DNA from: an uncultured Phycisphaeraceae bacterium
Lineage (GTDB): Bacteria; Planctomycetota; Phycisphaerae; Phycisphaerales; UBA1924
Direction of reading: 5' to 3'
Length of the DNA: 64,000 nt
Assembly (NCBI GenBank): GCA_964639935.1
Contig: CAZXGT010000001.1
Coordinates: 6,635-70,634 of the forward strand
Position numbers and translations under genes: made by a program. The notes under the pieces were generated by a model, which was given only the letters and a program-made list of their open reading frames with translations, was not told the DNA's origin and ran no database searches. Below are positions 9,426 through 18,768 of the stretch, in pieces; position 1 is the first letter of the stretch; each line of letters starts with the position of its first letter.

Positions 9426-10202
9426 ATGATCGACACGCACTGCCACCTCACCTTCCCGCAGTACGAGGGCCGGCTCGCCCAGGTGCTCAAGGACGCCGCC
9501 GCCGAGGGCGTCACCGGCGCCATCACGATCTCCACCACCCACGCCGACGCCGCCAACGCCCTTGAGCTCGCCGAACGCTACGACCGCATCTGGTGCTCCG
9601 CCGGCGTCCACCCGCTCTACTCACATGAGTTCCCGCACGACTGGGGGGAGATCGAGCGCATCATCCGCCACGAGAAGTGCGTCGCATGGGGCGAGCTCGG
9701 GCTCGACAACCACTACGACGAGCCCGCGAAGTCAACACAGCTCGCCGTCCTCGAGGAGCAGCTCGACGTCATCGCCCGCGCTCGCCCCGAGATCGACAAG
9801 CCCGTCATTCTCCACTGCCGCGAGGCCTACGCGGAGCTCATCCCGATCCTCGAGAAATCCCTCATCCCCGCCGAGAGGTTCGTCTTCCACTGCTTCACCG
9901 CCGGCGCGGACGACGCCCGCCGCTGCCTCGACTTCGGCGCCATGCTCTCCTTCACCGGACAGGTCACCTTCAAGAACGCGACCGAGGCGCAGGAGTCAGC
10001 CAAACTCGCGCCGCTCGACCGCATCATGGTCGAGACCGACGCCCCCTTCATGACGCCCGCGCCCTACCGCAAAGTTCGCACCTGCGAACCGAAGTTCGCC
10101 GCCGTCACCGCCAAGTTCCTTGCCGACCTCCGCGGCGATGCGTGGGAAAGCTTCGAGCGAGCGATCAGCGAGAACACCCAGCGCTTCTTCGGCGTCAGCT
10201 AG
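9426..10202 (+). CDS. tatD: TatD family metal-dependent hydrolase/DNase
   Basis: MIDTHCHL start, then GVHP, WGELGLD, ILHCREA and VETDAPF motifs. Confidence 0.9.
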   Translation: MIDTHCHLTFPQYEGRLAQVLKDAAAEGVTGAITISTTHADAANALELAERYDRIWCSAGVHPLYSHEFPHDWGEIERIIRHEKCVAWGELGLDNHYDEPAKSTQLAVLEEQLDVIARARPEIDKPVILHCREAYAELIPILEKSLIPAERFVFHCFTAGADDARRCLDFGAMLSFTGQVTFKNATEAQESAKLAPLDRIMVETDAPFMTPAPYRKVRTCEPKFAAVTAKFLADLRGDAWESFERAISENTQRFFGVS

Positions 10203-10278
10203 AACGATCCCAAGCAAATCGTTCGGGCGCCACGACACGCCGTCCGCGGCGCGTCGTGTTCAGACCGGCGGATCCTCG

Positions 10279-11412
10279 CTAGCCCCCGACATACCGCGAG
10301 TAGATCGCCCGCGCCCGCGCCGGATCCGTCGTCCCGCCCACGATCACCCGCCCCGTCGGGAAAACGTGCAGCGTGATCCGCCCGAACTCGCCCGACTCGC
10401 TCGCGAACTCCCCGCGCAGCGAATCCGCCTCGGTGCGGAACTCGCCGAAGGGCTCGAGCCGCTGCGCGAGCGCGTCGAGCGCGACCATCCCGCGCCGGTG
10501 GGGGGCGATCTGCACGCTCCTGCGACCGCACAGCGGCGTCAGCTCCTCCGCGTCGCCATCGAGATAGACAAAGTCGCGCTTGCCGCAGCACAGGCACGCC
10601 GGATCACGCGCCCCGCTCACGTCCACGGACCGCATCGCCGGGGCGTAGGCGTCGAGATGGATCAGCCGCGTGTTCGCCTCATCCGTGTTGCCCGCGAGCA
10701 GCTTGATCGCCTCCGCCGCCGCCAGGCTCGCCACCGCCCACGCCGCCGGGCCGAGCACGCCCGCCGTGTCGCACGTCGCCTCCGATCCCGGCGCCGGCGC
10801 CTGCGGAAAGAGGCACCGCAGGCACGGCCCCACGCCCGGCCGAACCGTCAACAGCGTCCCGCTCGTCCCGACGACTCCCGCGTGCACGTACGGGATCCCC
10901 TGCGACACCGCGACGTCGTTGAGCAGGTACCGCGTCTCGAAGTTGTCCGTCCCGTCAAGCAGAAGATCGACCGCGTCTCGCTCTCCCTCCGGCCCCCTCT
11001 CCCTGTGGGAGAGGGTTGGGGTGAGGGGCTCCCCGCTTCCAGCGCCTTCCCCCTCAACATCCCACTCGAACCCCACGATCCCCGGCGCCGTCGCCGCCGA
11101 GAAATCCTCCACCAGCGCCCGCACCTCCACGCCCGGATCAATCTCGGCAAGCCGATCCCGCGCCGCCGTCGCCTTCGCCCGATGCTTCTCCGCGTCCTCG
11201 GTCGTGTAAAGCGTCTGACGCTGCAGGTTCGTCAGCTCGACCACGTCCCGGTCAACGATCGTCAACCTCCCGACGCCCGCCCGCACCAGCGCCTCGGCGA
11301 TCGTCGACCCAAGCGCCCCGACGCCCACGATCAGCGCGTGCGACGACCGAAGCCGAGCCTGCCCGGCCGAGCCGATCTCCGGCAGAATCTCCTGTCGATG
11401 GTGGCGATTCAC
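10279..11412 (-). CDS. ThiF/MoeB/HesA family adenylyltransferase carrying an in-frame ~35-aa insert
   Basis: RQEILPEIG..AGQARL, the dinucleotide fold LIVGVGALGS, DRDVVELTNLQRQ, TDNFETRYLLND, and Cys pairs CLRC / CLCCG. The insert is GFEWDVEGEGAGSGEPLTPTLSHRERGPEGERD. Confidence 0.85.
   Translation of the reverse strand: MNRHHRQEILPEIGSAGQARLRSSHALIVGVGALGSTIAEALVRAGVGRLTIVDRDVVELTNLQRQTLYTTEDAEKHRAKATAARDRLAEIDPGVEVRALVEDFSAATAPGIVGFEWDVEGEGAGSGEPLTPTLSHRERGPEGERDAVDLLLDGTDNFETRYLLNDVAVSQGIPYVHAGVVGTSGTLLTVRPGVGPCLRCLFPQAPAPGSEATCDTAGVLGPAAWAVASLAAAEAIKLLAGNTDEANTRLIHLDAYAPAMRSVDVSGARDPACLCCGKRDFVYLDGDAEELTPLCGRRSVQIAPHRRGMVALDALAQRLEPFGEFRTEADSLRGEFASESGEFGRITLHVFPTGRVIVGGTTDPARARAIYSRYVGG
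10995..11028. repeat. Palindromic mini-element CCCTCTCCC-TGTG-GGAGAGGG followed by TTGGGGTGAGGGG, lying inside the ThiF-family CDS
   Basis: Direct reading shows a 9-nt left arm, a 4-nt loop and an 8-nt right arm (8 bp paired). The G-rich tail follows. On the coding strand it encodes PLTPTLSHRERG. Confidence 0.5.
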
Positions 11413-11432
11413 GCCCGTATCCTAGGGCGAAA

Positions 11433-12527
11433 TCAATCCTCAAAGAGCGCCGCGCACTCCCGAAGCTCGGCCCCCGCCGGCGTGCAGATCGCATACTGCC
11501 GACCGCCGCGCATGCACGCGGAGCCGAATGCCCCGTCCTTGCGCACCGCGTAGTACACCACGTTGAAGCTCGGCTCGCCCTTCTCGTTGAGCAGACGCTT
11601 CGCCCGCGTGCGCTCAGCGATCTGCCGCAGCGCATGCAGGCACGCGTCCGTCGGGTGATCCCCCGCCGCCATGCGCATCACGACCGTGTGGGCGCCGCAG
11701 GTCTGCATCACGGCCTCGCCCCGCCCGGTGGCGCCGGCCGAGCCGATCGCGTTGTCCGTGTAGCACCCGGCGCCGATCATCGGCGAGTCGCCCACGCGGC
11801 CCGGCAGCTTGAAGAACAGACCCGACGTCGTCGTGCACCCGGCGAGATCCCGATCCGCCGTCAGCGCCGAGCAGTGGATCGTCCCGGTGGGGGGCTCGAC
11901 GATCGGCGGGCTCGGTCGCGTCTCACCGGCGGGGCGGCGCGAGCTCTGCGCGTCGTCGCCGAAGGCGGGCAGGTCCCACTCGTCCTCCTCGAGCCAATCG
12001 TCGCGCCGGTTCGCCTCCGCCTTCCACTTGAGCCACGCCTGTCGGGCTCGATCGGTCAGCAGGTTCTCCTCCTCAAAGCCCATCCGCAGCGCAAAGCGCT
12101 TGGCGCCCTCGCCCACGAGCATGACGTGATCGGTGCGCCGGGCGACCTCAAGGGCGACCGCGGCGGGGTTCTTGATCCCCTCGAGCGCCGCGACCGCGCC
12201 AGCCCGGTGCGTCGGCCCGTGCATCACCGACGCGTCGAGCGACACCACGCCGTCCTCGTTGGGCAGGCCGCCGTAGCCGACCGTCATGTCGTCCGGATCG
12301 TTCTCGTTGATCTCGACGCCCTTGACGATGGCGTGCGCCGGATCGGCGCCCTCCTCGATGAGCGCGAACGCGCGCTTCACGCAATCGAGCCCGTTGCCCG
12401 AGGCGATGACGACGGGCGGCTCGGCGCCCTGCCCCGCGCGAGCCCGCCCTCGCCGCTGGGGCTGGGCGCGGGAGCTCGCAGCTGCCGCGTAGACGGCGGA
12501 AGCGATCAGAAAATCTCGGCGTTTCAT
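11433..12527 (-). CDS. Ntn-hydrolase, glycosylasparaginase / isoaspartyl peptidase-L-asparaginase family, Tat-exported
   Basis: Twin-arginine signal MKRRDFLIASAVYAAAASS. Autoprocessing/active-site region is HCSALTADRDLAGCTTTSGLFFKLPGRVGDSPMIGAG...GATGRGEAVM. Confidence 0.85.
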   Translation of the reverse strand: MKRRDFLIASAVYAAAASSRAQPQRRGRARAGQGAEPPVVIASGNGLDCVKRAFALIEEGADPAHAIVKGVEINENDPDDMTVGYGGLPNEDGVVSLDASVMHGPTHRAGAVAALEGIKNPAAVALEVARRTDHVMLVGEGAKRFALRMGFEEENLLTDRARQAWLKWKAEANRRDDWLEEDEWDLPAFGDDAQSSRRPAGETRPSPPIVEPPTGTIHCSALTADRDLAGCTTTSGLFFKLPGRVGDSPMIGAGCYTDNAIGSAGATGRGEAVMQTCGAHTVVMRMAAGDHPTDACLHALRQIAERTRAKRLLNEKGEPSFNVVYYAVRKDGAFGSACMRGGRQYAICTPAGAELRECAALFED

Positions 12528-13732
12528 GCGAACTCCTCCACCACCGGCAGCTCGCCCACGAGCGGGCGAAGGTACCTGATGAACTCGTCGGACACGTTGT
12601 TGTCGCCCGCGAGGAACTCGTCGGGCATGACGCGCGTCTTGCCCGCGACGGCCGTGAGCTTCACCGCCACCGGCTCGGATCGGTAGGGCTCGTCGCCTCC
12701 CCGCTTGATAGCGATCGAGCCGTCGAGATCGCCGCTCATCGCAAGCTCCGCGGCGCGCGCGCCCGCGGCGCGGGCCTCCCGCTGGTCCACGGGCGACGGG
12801 TCCGGGTAGCAGCGCTGCATGTACCCGAGGGTGTCGGCGCGGATGCGCGGCGGCGTCCCCCCCTGGGGCGTCAGCTTCTGCCGCAGGAGGTTTGCGAGAA
12901 AATCGCCCAGCGCCCCGGAGCCCGAGAGCTGCACGTTGCCGTGCGCGTCGACCTCGCCCGTCTGGCTCAGGACGTAGCTGATCGCCTCGCCGTCGGCGTT
13001 GTGGATCCCCTCGGAAACCGCGATCAGGCAGCGCCCGAGCTTCGAGTAGACGCCCTCGACGTCCGCAACGAACCTGTCCGGGTCGAAGTCTCGCTCGGGG
13101 AGGTAGATCAGGTGCGGGCCGTCGTTCTCAAAGCGACGCGCCATCGCCGAGGCGGCGGCCAGGAAGCCCGCATGGCGCCCCATGACGATGTCGATCTTGA
13201 TCCCCGGCAGCGACTTGTTGTCGAGGTTGTCGCCGGTGAAGGCGTTGGCGACGTACCGCGCCGCCGAGGGGTAGCCCGGCGTGTGATCGTTCTCCATCAG
13301 ATCGTTGTCGATCGTCTTGGGGATATGGAAACAGCGCAGCTCGTAGCCGGCCTGATCCGACAGATCGTTGACGATCCGGCATGTGTCGGAGGAGTCGTTG
13401 CCGCCGATATAAAAGAAGTAGCGCACGTCGCGCGCGCGCAGCGACTCGAAGATGCGCTCGCAGTACGCCTCGTCGGGCTTGTCGCGCGTCGATCCCAGCG
13501 CGGCCGAGGGCGTCTGCGCGATCGCCTCGAGAAAGTCCGGCGGCGAGTTCGTCAGATCGACGTACCGGTTCTCGATCATCCCGCGCACGCCGTTTCGCGC
13601 GCCATAGATGTTCGTGATGGCCTGATGTCCCTGGAGCGCGAGCACGGCCCCAACAAGCGACTGATTGATGACGGCGGTCGGCCCGCCGGACTGACCGATG
13701 ACCGCGGCGCCCTGGATCAGGTCTGTAGGCAT
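12524..13732 (-). CDS. pfp: 6-phosphofructokinase, probably pyrophosphate-dependent
   Basis: GGPTAVINQSL, FFYIGGNDSSDT, IPKTIDNDL and MGRHAGFLA. Asp in GGxDS and Lys in PKTIDND are the residues associated with PPi rather than ATP use. The internal Met MPTDLIQG is chosen as start. The stop overlaps the downstream ATG (ATGA). Confidence 0.85.
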   Translation of the reverse strand: MPTDLIQGAAVIGQSGGPTAVINQSLVGAVLALQGHQAITNIYGARNGVRGMIENRYVDLTNSPPDFLEAIAQTPSAALGSTRDKPDEAYCERIFESLRARDVRYFFYIGGNDSSDTCRIVNDLSDQAGYELRCFHIPKTIDNDLMENDHTPGYPSAARYVANAFTGDNLDNKSLPGIKIDIVMGRHAGFLAAASAMARRFENDGPHLIYLPERDFDPDRFVADVEGVYSKLGRCLIAVSEGIHNADGEAISYVLSQTGEVDAHGNVQLSGSGALGDFLANLLRQKLTPQGGTPPRIRADTLGYMQRCYPDPSPVDQREARAAGARAAELAMSGDLDGSIAIKRGGDEPYRSEPVAVKLTAVAGKTRVMPDEFLAGDNNVSDEFIRYLRPLVGELPVVEEFA

Positions 13733-13794
13733 TCGATGTCCTCCGGCGAGCATCCTAAAGCGATCGGGCCTCTCGATGGGGTACACTCCGCGCC

Positions 13795-14400
13795 ATGACG
13801 ATCTCCCGTTTCGTTTTCGGTGCCGCGGCGATGCTCGCCGGACTGATTCTCGGCGGCTGCCGGGCCTCCGGACCGACGGCGGTGACGGTCGGATCGGATC
13901 GCTTCGAGGAGGCGTTTGAGTCGACGAAAGACGTGCTTCGCGCCGAAGGCTTCGAGCTCGAGCGCGTCGATGCGCGAGCGGGCGTCATCACCACGCGCCC
14001 GCTCGCCTCGAGCGGCTTCTGGACGCCCTGGGTCACAAGCGAGCGGCGCCTGCGCGACGAGGTGGAGTCGACCCTCCACCGCCAGCGACGCCGGGCGGAG
14101 GTGCGTTTCGTCACCGATTCGCCCGACGCGCGCCAGGCCAGCACACCCGTTCGGGTGGATATCGACGTGCGCGTCGAGCGCGTCTATCAGCCCGGGGTGC
14201 GCGCGACGCCGGCGAGCGTCCGTCTCCGTCATGTCGCGAGGCGCCCGGGTGAGCCGTCGCCGCACGGCGAGACCGTCTTCGCCGTCGACCATTCAAGCGA
14301 CCGGGCGCTCGCGGCCGAACTCACGCGCCGCCTCGCCTTCGCGCTCGGCCTCGATCTCAGCGCGACCGACCGCGTTCGCCGCGGGCCGCCGGGGTTCTGA
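13795..14400 (+). CDS. Lipoprotein, hypothetical
   Basis: MTISRFVFGAAAMLAGLILGGCRASG has a signal peptide plus an LGGC lipobox. GC3 is high. Confidence 0.6.
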   Translation: MTISRFVFGAAAMLAGLILGGCRASGPTAVTVGSDRFEEAFESTKDVLRAEGFELERVDARAGVITTRPLASSGFWTPWVTSERRLRDEVESTLHRQRRRAEVRFVTDSPDARQASTPVRVDIDVRVERVYQPGVRATPASVRLRHVARRPGEPSPHGETVFAVDHSSDRALAAELTRRLAFALGLDLSATDRVRRGPPGF

Positions 14401-14523
14401 AACGGGGCGTTCCCGAGCGCAAGCGGGTGAACCCCCGATATCGCGGACGAGACGCGGTGTGTATTCGTACTTGCCTTCCGGTCAGCAACGCTCGGCACGG
14501 TCGCCCGCGGCTCATCGGATGAC

Positions 14524-15453
14524 ATGGATGGCTTCCAAGGGATTGAAGGAGCCGTGATGAGGTCAGCATCTCGGGATGTGCATGAACAGCTGGCGCGGGT
14601 CGGTGAGGTGGTGCAGCGCGTCTGCGCCCTGCCGGCGGTGCCGACGGGCGACTGGTGCCAGCGGGCCGCCGCCGAGACGCTTCCGCTCGCCGGAGCGGGC
14701 CCGGTGCTCGTCGGCATCGCGCGCCATAACGGCCGGGGCGAGGCGATCGAGCTCGAGGACGCCGGGGCCGCGAGCCGCAACGGAGATTCGGTCGTCTCGC
14801 TCCGGTCCCTTCTCGAGCCGGAGGCCGGCGGGTGGAATCTTCCCGAGTCCCGGACGGTCGACGAAGCTGGCGGCGCGCGCATCCTGCGCGTGATCGATAT
14901 CGACCAGCTCTCGAGCGAGTCGCGCGACCGCTGGTCGCCCTTTGGCGTCCGGACGCTCCTCGCGGCGAGCGAAGCGCTCACGCCGGACGCCCCGCGGCGC
15001 CGGCTGGCCGTGATCATCTCGGCCGGAGTCGAGATCCCGAATCTGCCCTCGGTCCTGGCGGCTGTCGCGCCGGCGCTCCTGCGCCGCGCCAGGCTCGCCT
15101 TCGGCTCCGCCGACGGCGCCTCCCGGGGGCCGGCGCGGCTCACCGCGCGCGAGGTCGAGGTGCTCGACCGCCTCCTGCTCGGGCTGAGCATCAAGAAGAT
15201 CGCCGAGGATCTCGAGCGGAGCCCGCACACGGTGCACGATCACGTCAAGAGCCTGCACGCCAAGCTCGGCGCCTCGAGCCGCGGGGAGCTCGTCGCCCGT
15301 GCGCTCGGGCACATCGACCCGCGCGCTGCCGCCGAGACGAGCGCCGAGCCCGGGCTCATCGGAACAACCCCGCAGCGGGCCCCGGGCGACGACCCGGACG
15401 GCTCGCCGCGGCCCGTCGTCAAGCCGATGACCCTCGCCGGGCTCAAGCTCTGA
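14524..15453 (+). CDS. LuxR/FixJ-family HTH transcriptional regulator with an uncharacterised N-terminal domain
   Basis: C-terminal LTAREVEVLDRLLLGLSIKKIAEDLERSPHTVHDHVKSLHAKLG is a GerE/LuxR-type HTH. The start could instead be at 14557. Confidence 0.8.
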   Translation: MDGFQGIEGAVMRSASRDVHEQLARVGEVVQRVCALPAVPTGDWCQRAAAETLPLAGAGPVLVGIARHNGRGEAIELEDAGAASRNGDSVVSLRSLLEPEAGGWNLPESRTVDEAGGARILRVIDIDQLSSESRDRWSPFGVRTLLAASEALTPDAPRRRLAVIISAGVEIPNLPSVLAAVAPALLRRARLAFGSADGASRGPARLTAREVEVLDRLLLGLSIKKIAEDLERSPHTVHDHVKSLHAKLGASSRGELVARALGHIDPRAAAETSAEPGLIGTTPQRAPGDDPDGSPRPVVKPMTLAGLKL

Positions 15454-15478
15454 GCGACCGGCGCGCTTCTGCTACAAC

Positions 15479-16198
15479 GTGACGATGAGCAGCCCCGACC
15501 GCGCCGCGCGAGCCCTCCGCCAGACGCTTGAGACCTCCGCGCTTCTGGGCGTCGACTTCGCGCCGCGCCGCGTTGAGATTTCGGACCTCCACGAGTCGCC
15601 CGTCGCCGAGCCGGCCACCGCCAAGGGCGAGGCCATGGAGGCCCTCCGCGCCGAGCACGAGCGCGAGTGCCCCGAGCGCGAGTTCATCACCGAATTCAAC
15701 AGGATCGTCTTCGGCGAGGGCGACCCCGACGCACGCCTCATGTTCATCGGCGAGGCCCCCGGCGCCGACGAGGACCGCACCGGGCGCCCCTTCGTCGGCC
15801 GCGCCGGCCAGTTGCTCGAGGGCATGATCCGCGCGATGGGCCTCTCCCGGGAGTCGGTCTACATCGCCAACGTCCTGAAGGTCAGGCCCCCGGGCAACGC
15901 CACGCCCACACCGAATGAGGTCGCCGCGTGCGGTCCGTTCCTGCTCCGGCAGATCGAGATCGTCGAGCCCGAGGCGATCGTCACCCTCGGCAAGCCCGCG
16001 ACGAACTTCCTCCTCGAGACCGACGAGGCTCTCGGGCGGCTCCGCGGACGCTGGCACGAGATCCGCGGCGTCCCCGTCATGCCGACCTACCACCCGGCCT
16101 ACCTGCTCCGCACGTACACCCCGGAGAATCGCGGGAAGGTCTGGTCCGACCTCCAGCAGGTGATGCAACGCCTCGGGCTCGAGCGCACGCCCGGATGA
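15479..16198 (+). CDS. Uracil-DNA glycosylase, family 4
   Basis: GEGDPDARLMFIGEAPGADEDRTGRPFVGRAGQLL and a C-terminal HPAYLLR motif. The start is GTG 15479 or ATG 15485. Confidence 0.88.
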   Translation: MTMSSPDRAARALRQTLETSALLGVDFAPRRVEISDLHESPVAEPATAKGEAMEALRAEHERECPEREFITEFNRIVFGEGDPDARLMFIGEAPGADEDRTGRPFVGRAGQLLEGMIRAMGLSRESVYIANVLKVRPPGNATPTPNEVAACGPFLLRQIEIVEPEAIVTLGKPATNFLLETDEALGRLRGRWHEIRGVPVMPTYHPAYLLRTYTPENRGKVWSDLQQVMQRLGLERTPG

Positions 16199-16381
16199 CG
16201 CCCTCGACGCGTCGTCGGGCGATTTCCCGATCCACAGCCGCCCGGGTGGAACCCGCCGGGGCGAACCCCGTATGACTGGATGAACCAGCCCCCACGAGGC
16301 CCGGCGCGTGAGACGAGAGCGACTCGTCCGCCGCCGGGCTTTTCTTAGGCTCGGAGCATCCGAGCGAGCGGCTCCGGTGGG

Positions 16382-16855
16382 TCAGTTCGGCTCGGCCGCC
16401 TCGATATCCGAGACCGTCGGTGGAACCTTCCCGAAGGAGAGTTCGGTGTCGGCTGGCAGCTTCTCGACCTCCGTCGCCTCCCAGCCGACGAGATCGCCCG
16501 TTTCCGGGTCGTACTCCACCAGGAACTCGACGCGAACGATGTCGCCGACCTCGACCCCTTCGAGCGAGAGCGCCTCGCCGACGGGGAACGGCATGGCCAT
16601 GGCGTTCATGCCGGTGGGTTCGGCCTCATTGGCGTTGGCCTTGAAGGCGGGGATCGCCTCGTGGTAGACCTGAAACTCGGCCTTGGGCTCCGCGGACGAC
16701 GGGATCTGCATGACGCGACCGCGAACGCTGTAGAAGCTCACATTCGCGCTCTCCCGCGCCTCCTGCGTCGCGACTTCGGTCTCGTTCGAGCAGGCGACGA
16801 GCGCGAGAGGCGAAAGGCCAAGCGCAACAGTCACGACGAGTCTTTGGATCAGCAT
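16382..16855 (-). CDS. Lipoprotein with a CusF-like Met-rich metal-binding fold (tentative)
   Basis: Lipobox LALVACS. The segment VYHEAIPAF....MNAMAMPFPVGE...GDIVRVEF resembles the CusF/copper-chaperone pattern. Confidence 0.5.
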   Translation of the reverse strand: MLIQRLVVTVALGLSPLALVACSNETEVATQEARESANVSFYSVRGRVMQIPSSAEPKAEFQVYHEAIPAFKANANEAEPTGMNAMAMPFPVGEALSLEGVEVGDIVRVEFLVEYDPETGDLVGWEATEVEKLPADTELSFGKVPPTVSDIEAAEPN

Positions 16856-16894
16856 GCCGGAAGGATAGCCCCGCCCCGGCAGGAGAAGCGGGCG

Positions 16895-17275
16895 CTACGC
16901 GGGCTTGACCTCGAGATGCTTCTCAACGGAGCGGAAGTCGCCCGCGAGGTGAGGGATGTAGGTCATCTCCCAGGAGGCCCCGGGCTCGACGCGGACGACC
17001 TTGGCCGGGTGCTGGCGAATAAACCACCGACGGCCGCCGCGGGTCTTGGTCGGGGTCTCGCGGCGACGCGTCCGCTGCGCCCGGGCGAGAGCGCGCCGAG
17101 CGGAGACATCCTGCCGCATCAGCCGCTCGATCGTCTGGACCTCGTTCTCACGGTGCGGACGGGAGGTGACGCTGACGGTGATCTTCTGGCCGGGTTTGAC
17201 GTTCTCGAGCATGGCGGTCGCCTCGGGCTCGCCCGGAGCGGTGGTCGGGCGGGGGGATGAAAGTTGCGTGGACAT
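16895..17275 (-). CDS. Hypothetical basic protein (about 126 aa)
   Basis: Only the 3' part of ORF 16895..18580 is not antisense to the MEMO-like gene. ATG at 17275 gives MSTQLSSPRP...; a start at MLENVKPGQ is also possible. Confidence 0.45.
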   Translation of the reverse strand: MSTQLSSPRPTTAPGEPEATAMLENVKPGQKITVSVTSRPHRENEVQTIERLMRQDVSARRALARAQRTRRRETPTKTRGGRRWFIRQHPAKVVRVEPGASWEMTYIPHLAGDFRSVEKHLEVKPA

Positions 17276-17377
17276 CGCCCGCGGTTCCGCGAGGCGAGCC
17301 CAAGAGGATAACGCCTCGCCGCCGCTTGTCCAAGCGGGCGCGGAACGCGCGAAGACGGGCGTGTTAGACTGACCGCT

Positions 17378-18760
17378 ATGAGCGATCAGCAGACACCGCA
17401 GGGCGCCGGCGGCGCCGAACCCGACCAGCCCTCCCAGCCCGCGAGGTTCGATCCGCAGGCCGAGCATCAGCAGAAGCCGCAGCTCCGCCCGGTCCGCGGC
17501 TTCATGACGCAGCATCAGGGCCGCCCCATGCTCGGGCTCGCCGACGCGATGCAGGTCTCGGACAAAATGGTCTTCACGGCCCCCGCGGTGCAGACGGTGC
17601 TCCCCAAGTTCGACGGCCAGCACGATCTCGACCAGATCGTCGAGGAGGTTGGCAAGGGGCTCACCCGCGACGTGCTCGAGAACGTCGTCGCCCAGCTCGA
17701 CGACGCCGGGCTCCTCGCCGGGCCCAAGTTCGACGCGATGTACGAGAAGCTCAAGGAGGATTTCCACTCCCAGGATCACCTCCCGCCGGGCATCTCCGCG
17801 GCCGTCGCCGATCGTCTGGTGATCCTCGAGCACGGGCAGGAGGCCACCGACGAGCAGAAGGCCGAGGAGGGGCCGGCCAAGCTGCGCGAGCAGTTCGACA
17901 CCTGGATCGACCAGGCTCTGAAGGAAGCGAGCGATCCGAGCTTCGACAAGCTGCCCCGGGCCGTCTTCGTTCCAAGCGTTGACTATCAGATGGGCTGGCC
18001 CAACTACGGGGCCGTCTACGGCCGCATGCGCGTCGTCGATCGCCCGAAGCGGGTCGTCATCCTCGGCTCCCAGCAGGGCGGGTTCGCCACCGGCGTTTGC
18101 GGGTGCGACAAGGGCTACGCCACGCCCCTGGGCGTCTCCCCGCTCGCCAGAGACTTCTTCGACGCCCTCACCGGCGCCCTCGGCGAAGAGAACACCGAGA
18201 AATTCCTCCGCCACCGCTACGACCACGAACGCGCCCACGCCGTCGAGGCGCAGGTCGCCTGGCTCCAGCACGTTCTGGGCGCCGAGGGCGACACGCCCCC
18301 GGTCATGGGCGTGCTGATCCACGACATCCTCCAAAAGAGCGGGAAGAGCTACGACGGCGAGGGGCTCGATCTCGACCCCTTCGTCGACGCGCTCAAGGCC
18401 GCAATCGATCAGGTCGAGGGCCCCACCCTCATCGTCGCTTCCGCCGACCTCGCCCACGTCGGCCCGCAGTTCGGCGATCAGCAGAAGCTCGTCGGCGACG
18501 ATGAACAGGCCCAGGCGTTCCGCCAGCAGGTCATGCAGCACGACCAGCAGATGGTCGGGCTCATCGGGCAGGGCAAGCACAAGGAACTCGTCAGCGCCAT
18601 CCAGTGGCAGCAGAACCGCATGCGCTGGACCGGGCTCGGCCCCATCGTCGCCGCCATGCAGGCCGCCGAGGGCGGGACCCCGAGGCTCCTCAACTACTTC
18701 GCCGCCGCCGACCCGCAGGGCAACGCCCTCGTCAGCAGCTTCGCCGCCTCCATCGGCTGA
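17378..18760 (+). CDS. MEMO1 / AmmeMemoRadiSam system protein B family protein with a ~150-aa N-terminal extension
   Basis: The segment ...HERAHAVEAQVAWLQHVLG...LIVASADLAHVGPQFGD is typical of the MEMO/UPF0103 family. Confidence 0.78.
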   Translation: MSDQQTPQGAGGAEPDQPSQPARFDPQAEHQQKPQLRPVRGFMTQHQGRPMLGLADAMQVSDKMVFTAPAVQTVLPKFDGQHDLDQIVEEVGKGLTRDVLENVVAQLDDAGLLAGPKFDAMYEKLKEDFHSQDHLPPGISAAVADRLVILEHGQEATDEQKAEEGPAKLREQFDTWIDQALKEASDPSFDKLPRAVFVPSVDYQMGWPNYGAVYGRMRVVDRPKRVVILGSQQGGFATGVCGCDKGYATPLGVSPLARDFFDALTGALGEENTEKFLRHRYDHERAHAVEAQVAWLQHVLGAEGDTPPVMGVLIHDILQKSGKSYDGEGLDLDPFVDALKAAIDQVEGPTLIVASADLAHVGPQFGDQQKLVGDDEQAQAFRQQVMQHDQQMVGLIGQGKHKELVSAIQWQQNRMRWTGLGPIVAAMQAAEGGTPRLLNYFAAADPQGNALVSSFAASIG

Positions 18761-18768
18761 GCGCGCCG

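Noticed and set aside
17276-18580. Upstream extension of ORF 16895..18580 (561 aa)
   Set aside because: It is antisense to the MEMO-like gene, and the translation is the G/E/L/V/A-rich shadow type. Only the 3' 381 nt lie in otherwise unoccupied sequence.
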